DNA of 61,419 nucleotides from Planctomycetota bacterium (GTDB lineage Bacteria > Planctomycetota > B15-G4 > JADJEK01), in contig JBGAIQ010000029.1 in NCBI GenBank assembly GCA_044225365.1, positions 1 through 61,419 of the forward strand. Reading direction: 5' to 3'. The notes beneath the pieces are model-generated. The model worked only from the letters and a program-made list of their open reading frames with translations. It made no database searches and was not told where the DNA came from. Below, piece by piece: positions 1 to 9,600 of this stretch. Each line of letters begins with the position of its first letter. The first letter of the stretch is position 1. Made by a program: the position numbers and the translations under genes.

Positions 1-58
1 CCTTCCAGCATTCGATGAACTTCGTTCGGTCGCCCATTCGTGACTCCGTCCATGGCAT
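1..58 (-). CDS. IS481-family transposase, N-terminal fragment (truncated by window edge)
   Basis: AGGAGG then ATG at 58: MPWTESRMGDRTKFIECWK. Resembles the MPWxE..M..R..FI N-terminus of IS481 transposases. Not in the ORF track. Confidence 0.75.
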   Translation of the reverse strand, partial: MPWTESRMGDRTKFIECWK

Positions 59-138
59 CTGCAGGTCCTCCTGCCGAGCCAGTGAAAAGTGTCACCCATG
101 TCTCCGGACATGTGTTACCCATGTCCATTGATTGCACA
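1..138 (-). mobile_element. IS481-family insertion sequence, left end (element runs off the window's left edge)
   Basis: Minus strand begins TGT at 138. It carries two 14-bp subterminal direct repeats (plus strand gtgtcacccatgtc 89-102 and gtgttacccatgtc 112-125), then an AGGAGG RBS and an MPW-start transposase ORF. This is the typical IS481 end architecture. Confidence 0.8.
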
Positions 139-162
139 GGGGGCGCGGGTCGCAAATCCAGC

Positions 163-1152
163 TCACCCCCGCATCCGCGCGGCGGCGTCCTCGGGTGTGC
201 GCGAGACGATGTAGTCGCCGCTCGCGAGTTCGAAGCCGCCCACGTTGGCGAGGCGCGGGATGATCTCGATGCGCCAGTGCGCGCCCACGCCGCTCTTGGT
301 CGGCGCGGACCATGCGTTCAGGATCAGGTTGTACGAGGGATCCGAGAAGGTGCGCGCCATGCGAGCGATCACGTCTTGCAGGACGGAGGCGAGCGATTCG
401 AGCGACGCCATCGTCGCGTCCGCGAAGTCTGGGGAGTGTGGAAGCGGAGCGATCCACAATTCCGCGCCATAACGTGCGGCAAACGGAATGCAACTAACGA
501 AGCCGTCACGATTCAGCACGACGCGCCTTCCGTCCTGGACTTCGGCGGCAAGCAGGTCGCAGACGAGACAGCGCCGCGTTGCGACGAAGTGCGCATCGAT
601 CCGCGCCGACTCGACGGCGAAATCGCTCGCGAAGTCGGTCAACGCGAGCAATTGCGTGTGGGGATGCGAGAGCGAGGCTCCGGAGGACGCGCCGGCATTG
701 CGGAACACGAGCACCTGCACGATGTCCGACCGCTCGCGATGCACCCGCGCGCGATCACGCAGATGGACGAGGTACCGCACCACCTGGGATCGCGGGAGCG
801 ACTCGATGCGCCCGTCGTGCTCGCGGCACTCGAGGACCACTTCGTGCGCACCCTCGGCAGGCGTCACCCGGAAGGGCAAGCTCGCGCCAACGGGCGGCGC
901 GCTGCACAACAGGGCGGGGTACCGATTCGGGACGATGCGCAGCGTCCAGTTCGGATCGTTCGGAAGCGATCCTTCCGGCCGGTCCACCGCGAGCTCGGGC
1001 GGCGTCTCCTTCTCGTTGCCCGGACAGAACGGGCATTCGACGGGCAGCTCACCCTCGCCGCCCCGGGTCCTGAACTCGTTCGGCCGGCCGGCCCGATGCT
1101 CGGCGATGAGGATCCGCCGACCGCGCAGCGGGTCGTGGCGGACCTCGGTCAT
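163..1152 (-). CDS. galT: Galactose-1-phosphate uridylyltransferase (HIT-like GalT)
   Basis: R.DPL...R..RP start, CPFCPGNE zinc motif, PNRYP, FRNxGxxSGASLSHPHTQ catalytic motif, GGFELASG tail. Confidence 0.92.
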   Translation of the reverse strand: MTEVRHDPLRGRRILIAEHRAGRPNEFRTRGGEGELPVECPFCPGNEKETPPELAVDRPEGSLPNDPNWTLRIVPNRYPALLCSAPPVGASLPFRVTPAEGAHEVVLECREHDGRIESLPRSQVVRYLVHLRDRARVHRERSDIVQVLVFRNAGASSGASLSHPHTQLLALTDFASDFAVESARIDAHFVATRRCLVCDLLAAEVQDGRRVVLNRDGFVSCIPFAARYGAELWIAPLPHSPDFADATMASLESLASVLQDVIARMARTFSDPSYNLILNAWSAPTKSGVGAHWRIEIIPRLANVGGFELASGDYIVSRTPEDAAARMRG

Positions 1153-2942
1153 GGCTTCTGTTCGGGCGGCAGGCCTTCCTTCATCATGGCGTCGAACCGC
1201 GCCTGCAGCTCGGGAGCGAGCGTATCCGCCGCGGGCGTCGTGGCGCCCTCGGGCGTGTCGATATCGAACACGAGGAGTCGCTGGGCCGCCGCGCGAAGGA
1301 CGCCGACCTCGAAGTGCTTCTCGTCCGGATGCGTCGCGAAGAACTCGTAGAGGTCGCGGAACTTCTGGATCGGTGCGCCGTTCACGCTGACGATCGCATC
1401 GCCATCACGGAAGTTGAGATCGAGCAGCGGCGAGTTCTCGGCGATGTCGATGATCGAGAGCACGTAGCGCCCGGTCTGACCGTCCAGGTAGCTCATGAAG
1501 CGCGCGTCGTCGGTGAGAAGCTTCATCCGATGCGCGAGCAGGAACTCGCGGCCATCGGCGGTCACCCGAAGGTGGTCGCTGCCCATCGGCGTGGCGATGT
1601 GCCCGTGCTTGCCCGAGGCGAATTCGCGTTCGGGCCGCGCGCTCAGCGGATCGCCTGGATCGCGGCGCGACGAGAGGCGATCGCTCGGCGACGGTTCACG
1701 ACGCGCGAGCGCGAAATCGGGTCGATTCGCCCGCATGGCCCCGTCGCGCGCTTCGGCGAGGACGGCGGCGGCATCGGGATCGAATCCCGGCGGCACACTG
1801 TCGATGAATCGCACCTGTCGCGTCATCGACACGCTCCACTGCAACTGCCAGTTCAGTCCGCCGAGCACCGATCCCGTCGCGCGTTCGACGATCATCGACT
1901 TGTAGTCGAAGATGAGCGAGAAGTCGCGCAGGCGATCGAACTGACTGTGGTCGATGTTGACGCCCGGGAAGAACGGCTTCGAGGCCACGTAGCGCGGATC
2001 GACGAGATCGCTCTTCAGTTCGAGATGGCCGTCGCCGCTCGGCACCGTCGGGTCGAGCTGCCAGCCGAAGTCGTCGACGATGAGCCCGCCGCGCACCACG
2101 CGATATCGCACGCATTGGACGAAATCGAATTGCGTCGTCGGCGGCAGGCGATCGTTCTGGAACGCGAGAACGAGCGCCACGTTCTCCTGGTCCGGCAGGC
2201 GATGCTCGTCGAGTACGTCCGACTGGTAGAGATACGCGCGACCGACGCGCGTCGAGGCGCCGGGATCGAGCGGGGCGACCATGGGCACGAGCTTCGGAGC
2301 GAGCTGCGCGATGTCGTCGGGGGAGTAGTCCTTGCGGAAGATCTCGGAGCACGCGATCGCTTCGCCCTTGCGCAGCGCGCCCGCGGCCTTCAGGTCCGCG
2401 ACGTTCGCGTAGCCCTTCAGGAGTTCGATCGTGACCATCGCGCGCTCGTCGACCTCGGCAACGCCGGACCGGAACCCGTAGCCCGCTCCCTGCGCGCGAC
2501 CGCCGACCTCCTGCGCCATTCGCCACGCCTCGCGCTCGATCTCGCCTTCGACTGCGGGGGATCCAGCGCGCGCTTCCTTGCCGACCATCGCTTCGGTCTT
2601 ACCGACCGCGTAATCGACCATGCGATCGATCGCACTCTCGAATCGCTCCGTCGCGGCGGCGCCGTATCCCGAGAGCGTGCGCTCGACCGCGCCGAGTCGC
2701 ACCGGCGGCTCGAGATCGCGAAGGCCCTTCTCCAATTCCTCGCGGATCGCGTCGAGGCGCGTCTGGGAGTCGTGCGTCAGCTCGTTCATCCGCTTCTCCA
2801 TCTCGACGACGAGCTTTCGCTTGTCCTCCGAGTAGGTCGTCTTGCGGATGGGCTCGGCGATCTCGCCGCTCTCGCTCGAGGGACGGACGTGGCACGCCAT
2901 TCCGGCGAGACAGAGGGCGACGAGGAGTCGGCGTTCGAACAT
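1149..2942 (-). CDS. Hypothetical lipoprotein with C-terminal PDZ-like domain (597 aa)
   Basis: True start is ATG 2942 (MFERRLLVALCLAGMAC, lipobox-like), 5 nt after the lon stop. C-terminus has PDZ-like SPL..LNFRDGDAIVSVNG. The stop overlaps the galT start (ATGA). Confidence 0.65.
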   Translation of the reverse strand: MFERRLLVALCLAGMACHVRPSSESGEIAEPIRKTTYSEDKRKLVVEMEKRMNELTHDSQTRLDAIREELEKGLRDLEPPVRLGAVERTLSGYGAAATERFESAIDRMVDYAVGKTEAMVGKEARAGSPAVEGEIEREAWRMAQEVGGRAQGAGYGFRSGVAEVDERAMVTIELLKGYANVADLKAAGALRKGEAIACSEIFRKDYSPDDIAQLAPKLVPMVAPLDPGASTRVGRAYLYQSDVLDEHRLPDQENVALVLAFQNDRLPPTTQFDFVQCVRYRVVRGGLIVDDFGWQLDPTVPSGDGHLELKSDLVDPRYVASKPFFPGVNIDHSQFDRLRDFSLIFDYKSMIVERATGSVLGGLNWQLQWSVSMTRQVRFIDSVPPGFDPDAAAVLAEARDGAMRANRPDFALARREPSPSDRLSSRRDPGDPLSARPEREFASGKHGHIATPMGSDHLRVTADGREFLLAHRMKLLTDDARFMSYLDGQTGRYVLSIIDIAENSPLLDLNFRDGDAIVSVNGAPIQKFRDLYEFFATHPDEKHFEVGVLRAAAQRLLVFDIDTPEGATTPAADTLAPELQARFDAMMKEGLPPEQKP

Positions 2943-2947
2943 GGGTT

Positions 2948-5596
2948 TCACTTCCGTCGAGTTCCTGCGGTCTTGGGCGCGGACCTGCCCGTAGGGAGCT
3001 TCTTCTCGGGAGCGCGCGATTTCGGCGGGCCCGAGGGGAAAGCGATGGCGACGACTTGAGAGAAGTCGGAGACGAAATGGAAGCGCAGACGCGTCCGAGC
3101 TTCTTCCGTCAGTTCGTCGTAGTCCGGTCGATTGGCCTCGGGGACGATCACTTCGGTCATCCCGGCGCGGCGCGCCGCGAGCACCTTGTTGCGTAGTCCG
3201 CCGATCGGCAGGACGCGGCCGGTGAGCGTGAGCTCGCCCGTCATCGCGAGGTGCTTCTTCACCGGACGATTCAGGAACAGCGACATCAACGCGGTTGCCA
3301 TCGTGATCCCCGCCGACGGCCCGTCCTTCGGCACCGCGCCCGCGGGGACGTGGACGTGGAGATCGGTCTTCGCGAGGTCGAGATCCGCGAGTCCGTACTT
3401 CGCCGCGTTGCTGCGCACGTGAGACAGCGCGATCGTCGCCGACTCCTCCATCACCTTGCCGAGTTGGCCGGTGATGACGAGGCGACCGCTGCCCGCGAGC
3501 GAAGTCACCTCGATCGAGAGTGCGTCGCCGCCGACCGGCGTCCATGCGAGACCGATCGCGATGCCGGGCCGATCGACCTCGAGCGCCTTGTCGTCCTGGA
3601 ATCGCGGGGCGCCGAGATAGGCCTTGAGGTCCTCGGGCCGCAGGCGAACGGCATCGACCGCGTCGCCATGCGCCACGCGCGTCGCGACCTTGCGGCAGAC
3701 CCTTCCGATCGTCTGTTCGAGGTGGCGGACGCCGGCTTCGCGCGTCCAGCCGTGGATGATCTCGCGGATCACCTGGGGCGGGATCTGCAGATTCTTCTTG
3801 GTGAGGCCGTGGCGTTCGAGCTGGCGCGGCACGAGGTACTTCGTCGCGATCCCGATCTTCTCCGTCGCCGTATAACCCGGCAGTTCGATCACCTCGAGGC
3901 GGTCGAGCAGGGGCGGCGGGATCGTCGTGAGCGTGTTCGCCGTCGCGACGAAGAGCACCTTCGAGAGGTCGAAGGGCAGTTCGAGGTAGTGGTCGCTGAA
4001 GTGATCGTTCTGCTCCGGATCGAGGACCTCGAGCAGCGCCGACGCCGGGTCGCCGCGGAACTCGATTCCGATCTTGTCGATTTCGTCGAGCATGAACACC
4101 GGGTTGTTCGAACCCGCCGTCTTGAGACCCTGGAGGATGCGGCCTGGCAGCGCGCCGATGTAGGTCCTCCGGTGACCACGGATTTCCGCCTCGTCGCGAA
4201 CGCCTCCCAAACTGAGTCGGACGAACTTCCTTCCCAGCGAATCCGCGATGGCGCGACCGAAGCTCGTCTTGCCCACGCCCGGCGGCCCCGCGAAGCACAG
4301 GATCGCGCCGCGATGATCGGGCTTCAGCTTCCGCACTGCGAGGAACTCGAGGATGCGATCCTTGATGTCCGGCAACCCATGATGGCTGTCGCGCAGGATC
4401 TTCTCGGCCACCGCGAAGTCCTTGCGATCCTCCGTCGAGGTCGCCCACGGCAGGGCCACGATCCAGTCGAGGTAGTTGCGGACGACGGCCGATTCGGGGC
4501 TCTCGAGCGGCAGGAGCTTCAGGCGCTCCATCTCCTCGTCCGCGCGCTTGCGCACTTCCTCGGGGAGTTCCTTCTGCTTCAGGTTCTCCTCGAGCTTCTC
4601 GACCGCGACCTGCTTCTCGTCCTTCGCTTCGCCCAGCTCGCGGCGGATCTCCTTCAACTGCTCACGCAGGAAGAAGTCGCGCTGCTGTTTTTCGAGCTTC
4701 TCGCGGATCTGGTCCTGGATGCGCTTGCCGATCTCCATGAGACCGACTTCGCGCGTGAGCACCGTGATGATCTGGTTGAGGCGATCCTCGACGTCGAACT
4801 GCTCGAGGATCTGCTGGCGCACCCTCGCGTCGCGGACGAAGTACGTGGCCGCGAAATCCGCGAGGGCCTTCGGCGAGTCGATGTTGGCCGCGGCGACCTT
4901 GAACTCGTCGGGCACGTTCTCGTCCGACGCGAGCACCTTCTTGAGGAGCTGGCGCAGCACGCGCATCATCGCCTGCGCTTCGTCGGTCGTGGCGCGCGTC
5001 TCGTCGGGATACTCGACGCGCGCGATGAGCGCGGGCCGCGTGCGGAGGAACTTCACGATGCGGAAGCGCTTCAGGCCGCGCAGCACGACCGAGGTGCTGT
5101 CGTCGGGGAGCTTCAGGACGCGAACGACGCGCGCCGCGCAGCCGACGCGCGGGAACGTCTCGGTGTCGATGTCCTCGCCGTTGAAGTCCTGGGGAGCGAG
5201 CATGGACCCGACGTAGTCGGTCTGGCTCGACGCCTGCTCGAGCGTGCGCCGCGGCAATTCTCCCTTGAGCAGCACGGGCGCGACGAGCTCGGGGAAGACG
5301 ACGATCGTCTCGTGCGGGAGGATGAACAGGTTCTGCGGCGGAGCGTCGTTCGTCGCGACGAGCGCGGCAACGGCCTTGCGATCGCCATCGCCCATGCCGT
5401 CGCCCCCAACGATCTCGATGCCGTCCGAGATCGCAGGCGTCCCGGGTTCGCCGTCCGTCAGGACCTCGACGTCCAAGGGCTCGGTGGCGTCGACCGTCTC
5501 GCGAGGGGCGTCCTTCGCACGCTCAGAGGTCGTGTCGGGAGAGTCCTTCCGCTTCGGGGGCTTCGGATCCTCGGTGTCTTTGGTTTCACGGGTCAC
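2948..5596 (-). CDS. lon: ATP-dependent Lon protease (endopeptidase La)
   Basis: Lon N-domain, Walker A GPPGVGKTS, RGHRRTYIGALPGRI, LDEIDK, KDGPSAG catalytic Ser, IGGLRNK. Confidence 0.97.
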   Translation of the reverse strand: MTRETKDTEDPKPPKRKDSPDTTSERAKDAPRETVDATEPLDVEVLTDGEPGTPAISDGIEIVGGDGMGDGDRKAVAALVATNDAPPQNLFILPHETIVVFPELVAPVLLKGELPRRTLEQASSQTDYVGSMLAPQDFNGEDIDTETFPRVGCAARVVRVLKLPDDSTSVVLRGLKRFRIVKFLRTRPALIARVEYPDETRATTDEAQAMMRVLRQLLKKVLASDENVPDEFKVAAANIDSPKALADFAATYFVRDARVRQQILEQFDVEDRLNQIITVLTREVGLMEIGKRIQDQIREKLEKQQRDFFLREQLKEIRRELGEAKDEKQVAVEKLEENLKQKELPEEVRKRADEEMERLKLLPLESPESAVVRNYLDWIVALPWATSTEDRKDFAVAEKILRDSHHGLPDIKDRILEFLAVRKLKPDHRGAILCFAGPPGVGKTSFGRAIADSLGRKFVRLSLGGVRDEAEIRGHRRTYIGALPGRILQGLKTAGSNNPVFMLDEIDKIGIEFRGDPASALLEVLDPEQNDHFSDHYLELPFDLSKVLFVATANTLTTIPPPLLDRLEVIELPGYTATEKIGIATKYLVPRQLERHGLTKKNLQIPPQVIREIIHGWTREAGVRHLEQTIGRVCRKVATRVAHGDAVDAVRLRPEDLKAYLGAPRFQDDKALEVDRPGIAIGLAWTPVGGDALSIEVTSLAGSGRLVITGQLGKVMEESATIALSHVRSNAAKYGLADLDLAKTDLHVHVPAGAVPKDGPSAGITMATALMSLFLNRPVKKHLAMTGELTLTGRVLPIGGLRNKVLAARRAGMTEVIVPEANRPDYDELTEEARTRLRFHFVSDFSQVVAIAFPSGPPKSRAPEKKLPTGRSAPKTAGTRRK

Positions 5597-6004
5597 GGTT
5601 CGCTGGCGGCTCCCGTCGTCGGGCCCAGGGAGAACCGGTTCTCACCGCCCCAACGACGCGCCCGAGCATAGTGGATCCGCCACGCGAGATCACCCCGCGA
5701 GTTCTCCCGTCCTGGAGGTGATTCGGCTGAGTTGGACGCTTGACGAACAGAACAAGCCGGAGAGCTGGCCCAAGGTCGCACTCGGGACTCGCTGCCGGTC
5801 GAGGGCGAGACCGAAACGTCAACGGTCGTGTGAGCGCGAAAGTCCTTACGGGCTTCGATTTCTACGGTGATGCGTTGTCTCAGGAATTCCAGGTCGACGG
5901 GAAGAATCAACCCAGCGTTGTGCCCATCGACCGGTGAGCAAACCTCGAACATTGGGCTGAGCATGTGTCGAGTTTTCGCGACCCGCCGTTAACATACTGA
6001 AGCC

Positions 6005-6628
6005 ATGTTCGCAGTTGACTCTCTCACCGTTGGAGAGCCCATTCCTGACGATCCCGCCGCGTGGGACGCGCTCGTCGAGTCTTGTGGACCGGCGTCGATC
6101 CTGGTCGCCATCCGCGGTCGCATGAGCCGCGCTCTCCTTTCGCGAACGACTGCACCCGATATTTGGCAGGATACCCTGTTGAATGCGTGGAGGCTCAGAA
6201 GCGAGGTCAAGTGGCGGGGCATCCGCGCTTTTCGTTCCTGGCTGATCACGATCGCCGACCATTGCATTCACGATGCCCACGATCGCGAGTCGGCGATGAA
6301 GCGCTCGCCGGAACACAATACGAACTGCGCCTTGCGCGCTCGCGTCACCGGCGCGAATGCTGGTTTTCGCATCGAGGACATATTTAGTTCAGCGACGCCT
6401 GGAAGGTGCGCGGCCATTGCCGAGCAGGCTGCGATCATGATTCGAGCACTCGAGTCGCTAGAGGAGGACGTTCGAGAAATCGTGCGCCTGCGCTTGTTCG
6501 AAGAACGAGAGATGAAGGACGTCGCTATGCAGCTCGGAATCAACCTCGCGACGTGCAAGAGCCGATTCCGGCGTGGGGCCGAGGTGTATCAGCGACTGGT
6601 CCGAAACGCCTTACAATCTCGAACCTGA
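6005..6628 (+). CDS. ECF-type RNA polymerase sigma factor (planctomycete kinase-associated type)
   Basis: DIWQDTLL, FRSWLITIA (region 2); REIVRLRLFEE..MKDVA..LGIN..TCKSRFRRG (region 4). Directly upstream of a Ser/Thr kinase. Confidence 0.85.
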   Translation: MFAVDSLTVGEPIPDDPAAWDALVESCGPASILVAIRGRMSRALLSRTTAPDIWQDTLLNAWRLRSEVKWRGIRAFRSWLITIADHCIHDAHDRESAMKRSPEHNTNCALRARVTGANAGFRIEDIFSSATPGRCAAIAEQAAIMIRALESLEEDVREIVRLRLFEEREMKDVAMQLGINLATCKSRFRRGAEVYQRLVRNALQSRT

Positions 6629-6676
6629 GTCCGATTTCCGCATCCCCGCCATCGCGAACTCCCCTTCCTCATTCGG

Positions 6677-9600
6677 ATGAACCCACCCACCGGCGAAGAT
6701 GGCTCGCTGAGCGACGAGGAGTTTCTCGACGACCTCTTCGATCTTTCCGTCGAGAAGATCGAGAACGGCGAATCGATAGATGTCGACTCGCTCGCGGCGG
6801 CTCGGCCGCACCTTAGGCAACGGATCGAGCAGTGCATCGATACAGCTCGACGACTCCACATCCGTCCCGATACTCGCATCGCCGAAGTCGCCGGCTTCGA
6901 GATCTTGTCGGAACTGGGGTGCGGAGCTGGAGGCGTCGTCTATCTCGCCCGCCAACCCGCGCTCGACTCGCGCTGCGTCGCAATCAAAGTGCTGCGCCGC
7001 TCGGCACTGCCGTCGATCGAGACGCGCCATCGATTCGTTCGGGAAGCTCGTGCGCTCGCAAGGGTTCGCAGCGACCACGTCGTCTCGATTCATGACGTGG
7101 TCGATGACCCCGACGTCTGTGCAATCGTCATGGATTGGATCGAGGGTGAGTCGCTTGCGGCGCACCTTCGGGGTCTCACCGCCCCGTCGAATCGGGCCGA
7201 TTGGTTGCGTCGGATCGGGCTCCTGAATCGAGTGGGCATCTCGATCGGTCGGGCTCTCGATACGGTCCACCACGCAGGACTCGTTCATCGAGACGTGAAG
7301 CCCTCGAATATTCTCGTCCGCGTGGACGGCCGTGTTCTGCTTTCAGACTTCGGACTCGCGAGAGGCAAGGAAGATCCGAGGCTGACTCTGACCGGCCAGC
7401 TCATGGGAACACCTGCGTACGCTGCTCCCGAGCTCCTGCGCGGTCTCCACGATCGAGTCGGTCCGTGGACGGACGTCTACAGTCTCGGCGCGGTGCTTTT
7501 CGAGATCGCGGCGAATCGACTTCCGGTCACCGCGGACTCGATCTCGGACTTCGCTCGAGTCATCGAGACGGGCCGAATCCCCCGCTTGCGTTCGATCGAG
7601 CCACGGTTGTCGAAGGACATCGAGACCATCGTCTCCAAGGCGCTCGATCCAGATCCGAGCCGACGATATCGAGACGGAGGCGAACTCGCGGATGACCTCG
7701 AACGAGTCGAGGCATCCATTCCAATCCAAGCTCGTCCGCCGGGAGTCGTTCGACGGGTTCAACTTCTCGCAAAGAGACGTCGCTCGGCGGCAATCGGAAT
7801 CCTGCTCGGCCTCGCCCTCGCGGCCGTGATCGGCGCCGCCGTGGCGTTCTTCGCTTGGAGAGCGCGACACGAGGAGGCATTCGTCTCGGCCGCCCGCGAG
7901 TTACTGCTCGATCCCCAGTACGCCGAATCCGCGCTGCATGAGTCGTACACCGCGGACCTCTATCGAAGGCCACGGCTTCCCGAGCTCGCGCTCGCCGAGC
8001 GGTTGAGGCGAGCACTCACGCTCTACGATTCGGCGGCGATCATCGATGGACTACGTCCAACGGGGATCGATCGCGAACGGAACGTCGTCGCCGTTGCGCT
8101 CGAGATCGCCGTCGAAGGCGACTTTTCGAGGGCTCCCGACCGCCTTCGCAACTGCCTCACTCCCGCGATTCGAGGCGTCGCAGAGGCTTGGAACTCCGCG
8201 CTCAAGCGTTTCCAGGTGGAGGATCCTCGGTTCCAAGCGATGAGCGTCGAGGATCGGCATTCCGCGGGGTTGCTGGCTTTCGTTCTCGGGGACTCGATCC
8301 TCGCCGAGCGGATGCTCGGCTCGATCGAAACGGTCGAATCACCCGATCCATTCGCAAATCTCGCTCTCGGTCTCGCGCAGTTGGCGCGGAACGAGCCTCA
8401 TCGCGCCTACCCTCGACTGATGCTCGCCACCGAGAGATTCCCGGAATCGCAACTTGTCCACGCAGCTGCAGCCGATGCGGCGACGCGTTGCGGCGACGTC
8501 GAATGGGCTCGACGTCTCTTGGCGCACGCCCAAGACTTGAGCGGACCGGACCTAGGCGATCGCATCCCGAGAGTCACCGCGGACTTCGCTTTTGTCGACG
8601 GCGACACCGCTCGCGCGTCCACTCTCTACGAGTACGTGCTGACTCGCCACGACGACGGGATCGCGTACGCACATTACGGCAGACTTCGATTCGTACTCGG
8701 CGAACTCGCTCCGGCTGCGGATCTTCTCGCACGGGCGTATTTCCTCCGTCCCGACGATCCTTCGGTAGGTGCGCTCATGGCCAATATCGGCAGCCGATGG
8801 TGGTCGAGCCTGGACGTCACGTCGAAACGTGCCGCGATCGAGAATTCTCTCTTCGATCAGTCTCGCGAGGGGCGTGGTCCAGGCGCGACGCTCGCCGCGG
8901 CGATTGAATCGCGTGCCAGGATCCGAGATTCGAGAAACTCGCGTTCGACCCGACGAAATGACGAATTCGATTTGGATTCGGAGATCCTCGCGTCCGTCGA
9001 TTCCCCTCCTTCGAGTGATGATCCGGGTCGTCCCACGGACGACCGCTTCGCTCTTCTGGAGGATTTCATGCGAATCGATCGTTTTCTGCTTCCTCGTCTC
9101 CGACCTGCTCAAGCTCGATTCGTCGCCACTTGGATCGAGCGTTCCGATTCCAGCGCGGTCGTCCGCGGGCTGTTCAGCGGTGATTCGTTTCGGCGATCGC
9201 TCGGCCGGCTTACTCTCGCGGTCGGCGGGCTGATATCGCTGATGGTCCCGGAGGCGGCTGCTCGGATCGATTTCGAGATTCAGCCGTTTCCCGTGAGTGT
9301 GTTCGGAGTTGGGACCGGAACGCCCAGAATCACAATTGCGGACATCGACCAAGACGGCGACCTCGATCTGCTCGGCGGCAACAGCGTCGGGGCGAGCCAG
9401 ATTTGGGCCGGAATCAACGATGGATCAGGTTTGTTCACGTTCGTCACTCTACTGCAAGGTCCCTTGGGCACTCGCTACGGTTCGATCGCTGTCGCCGACA
9501 TCAACAACGACGGGTTTCTCGACATCGCGGCGAGTCGAATCGATCCTACTCCTACGTCTGGGTTCACGGTCCTCTACGGATCGGGGACAGGCGCGTACTC

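Noticed and set aside
1149-4448. 1099-aa ORF overlapping lon
   Set aside because: The first 502 codons are an off-frame reading of lon. The real gene starts at 2942.
3251-5671. 806-aa plus-strand ORF, and similar long antisense ORFs (1314-3059, 29932-32040, 46397-49561, 49426-52023)
   Set aside because: These are antisense shadows of well-supported genes. High GC3 removes stop codons in the opposite frame, and the translations show no recognisable motifs.
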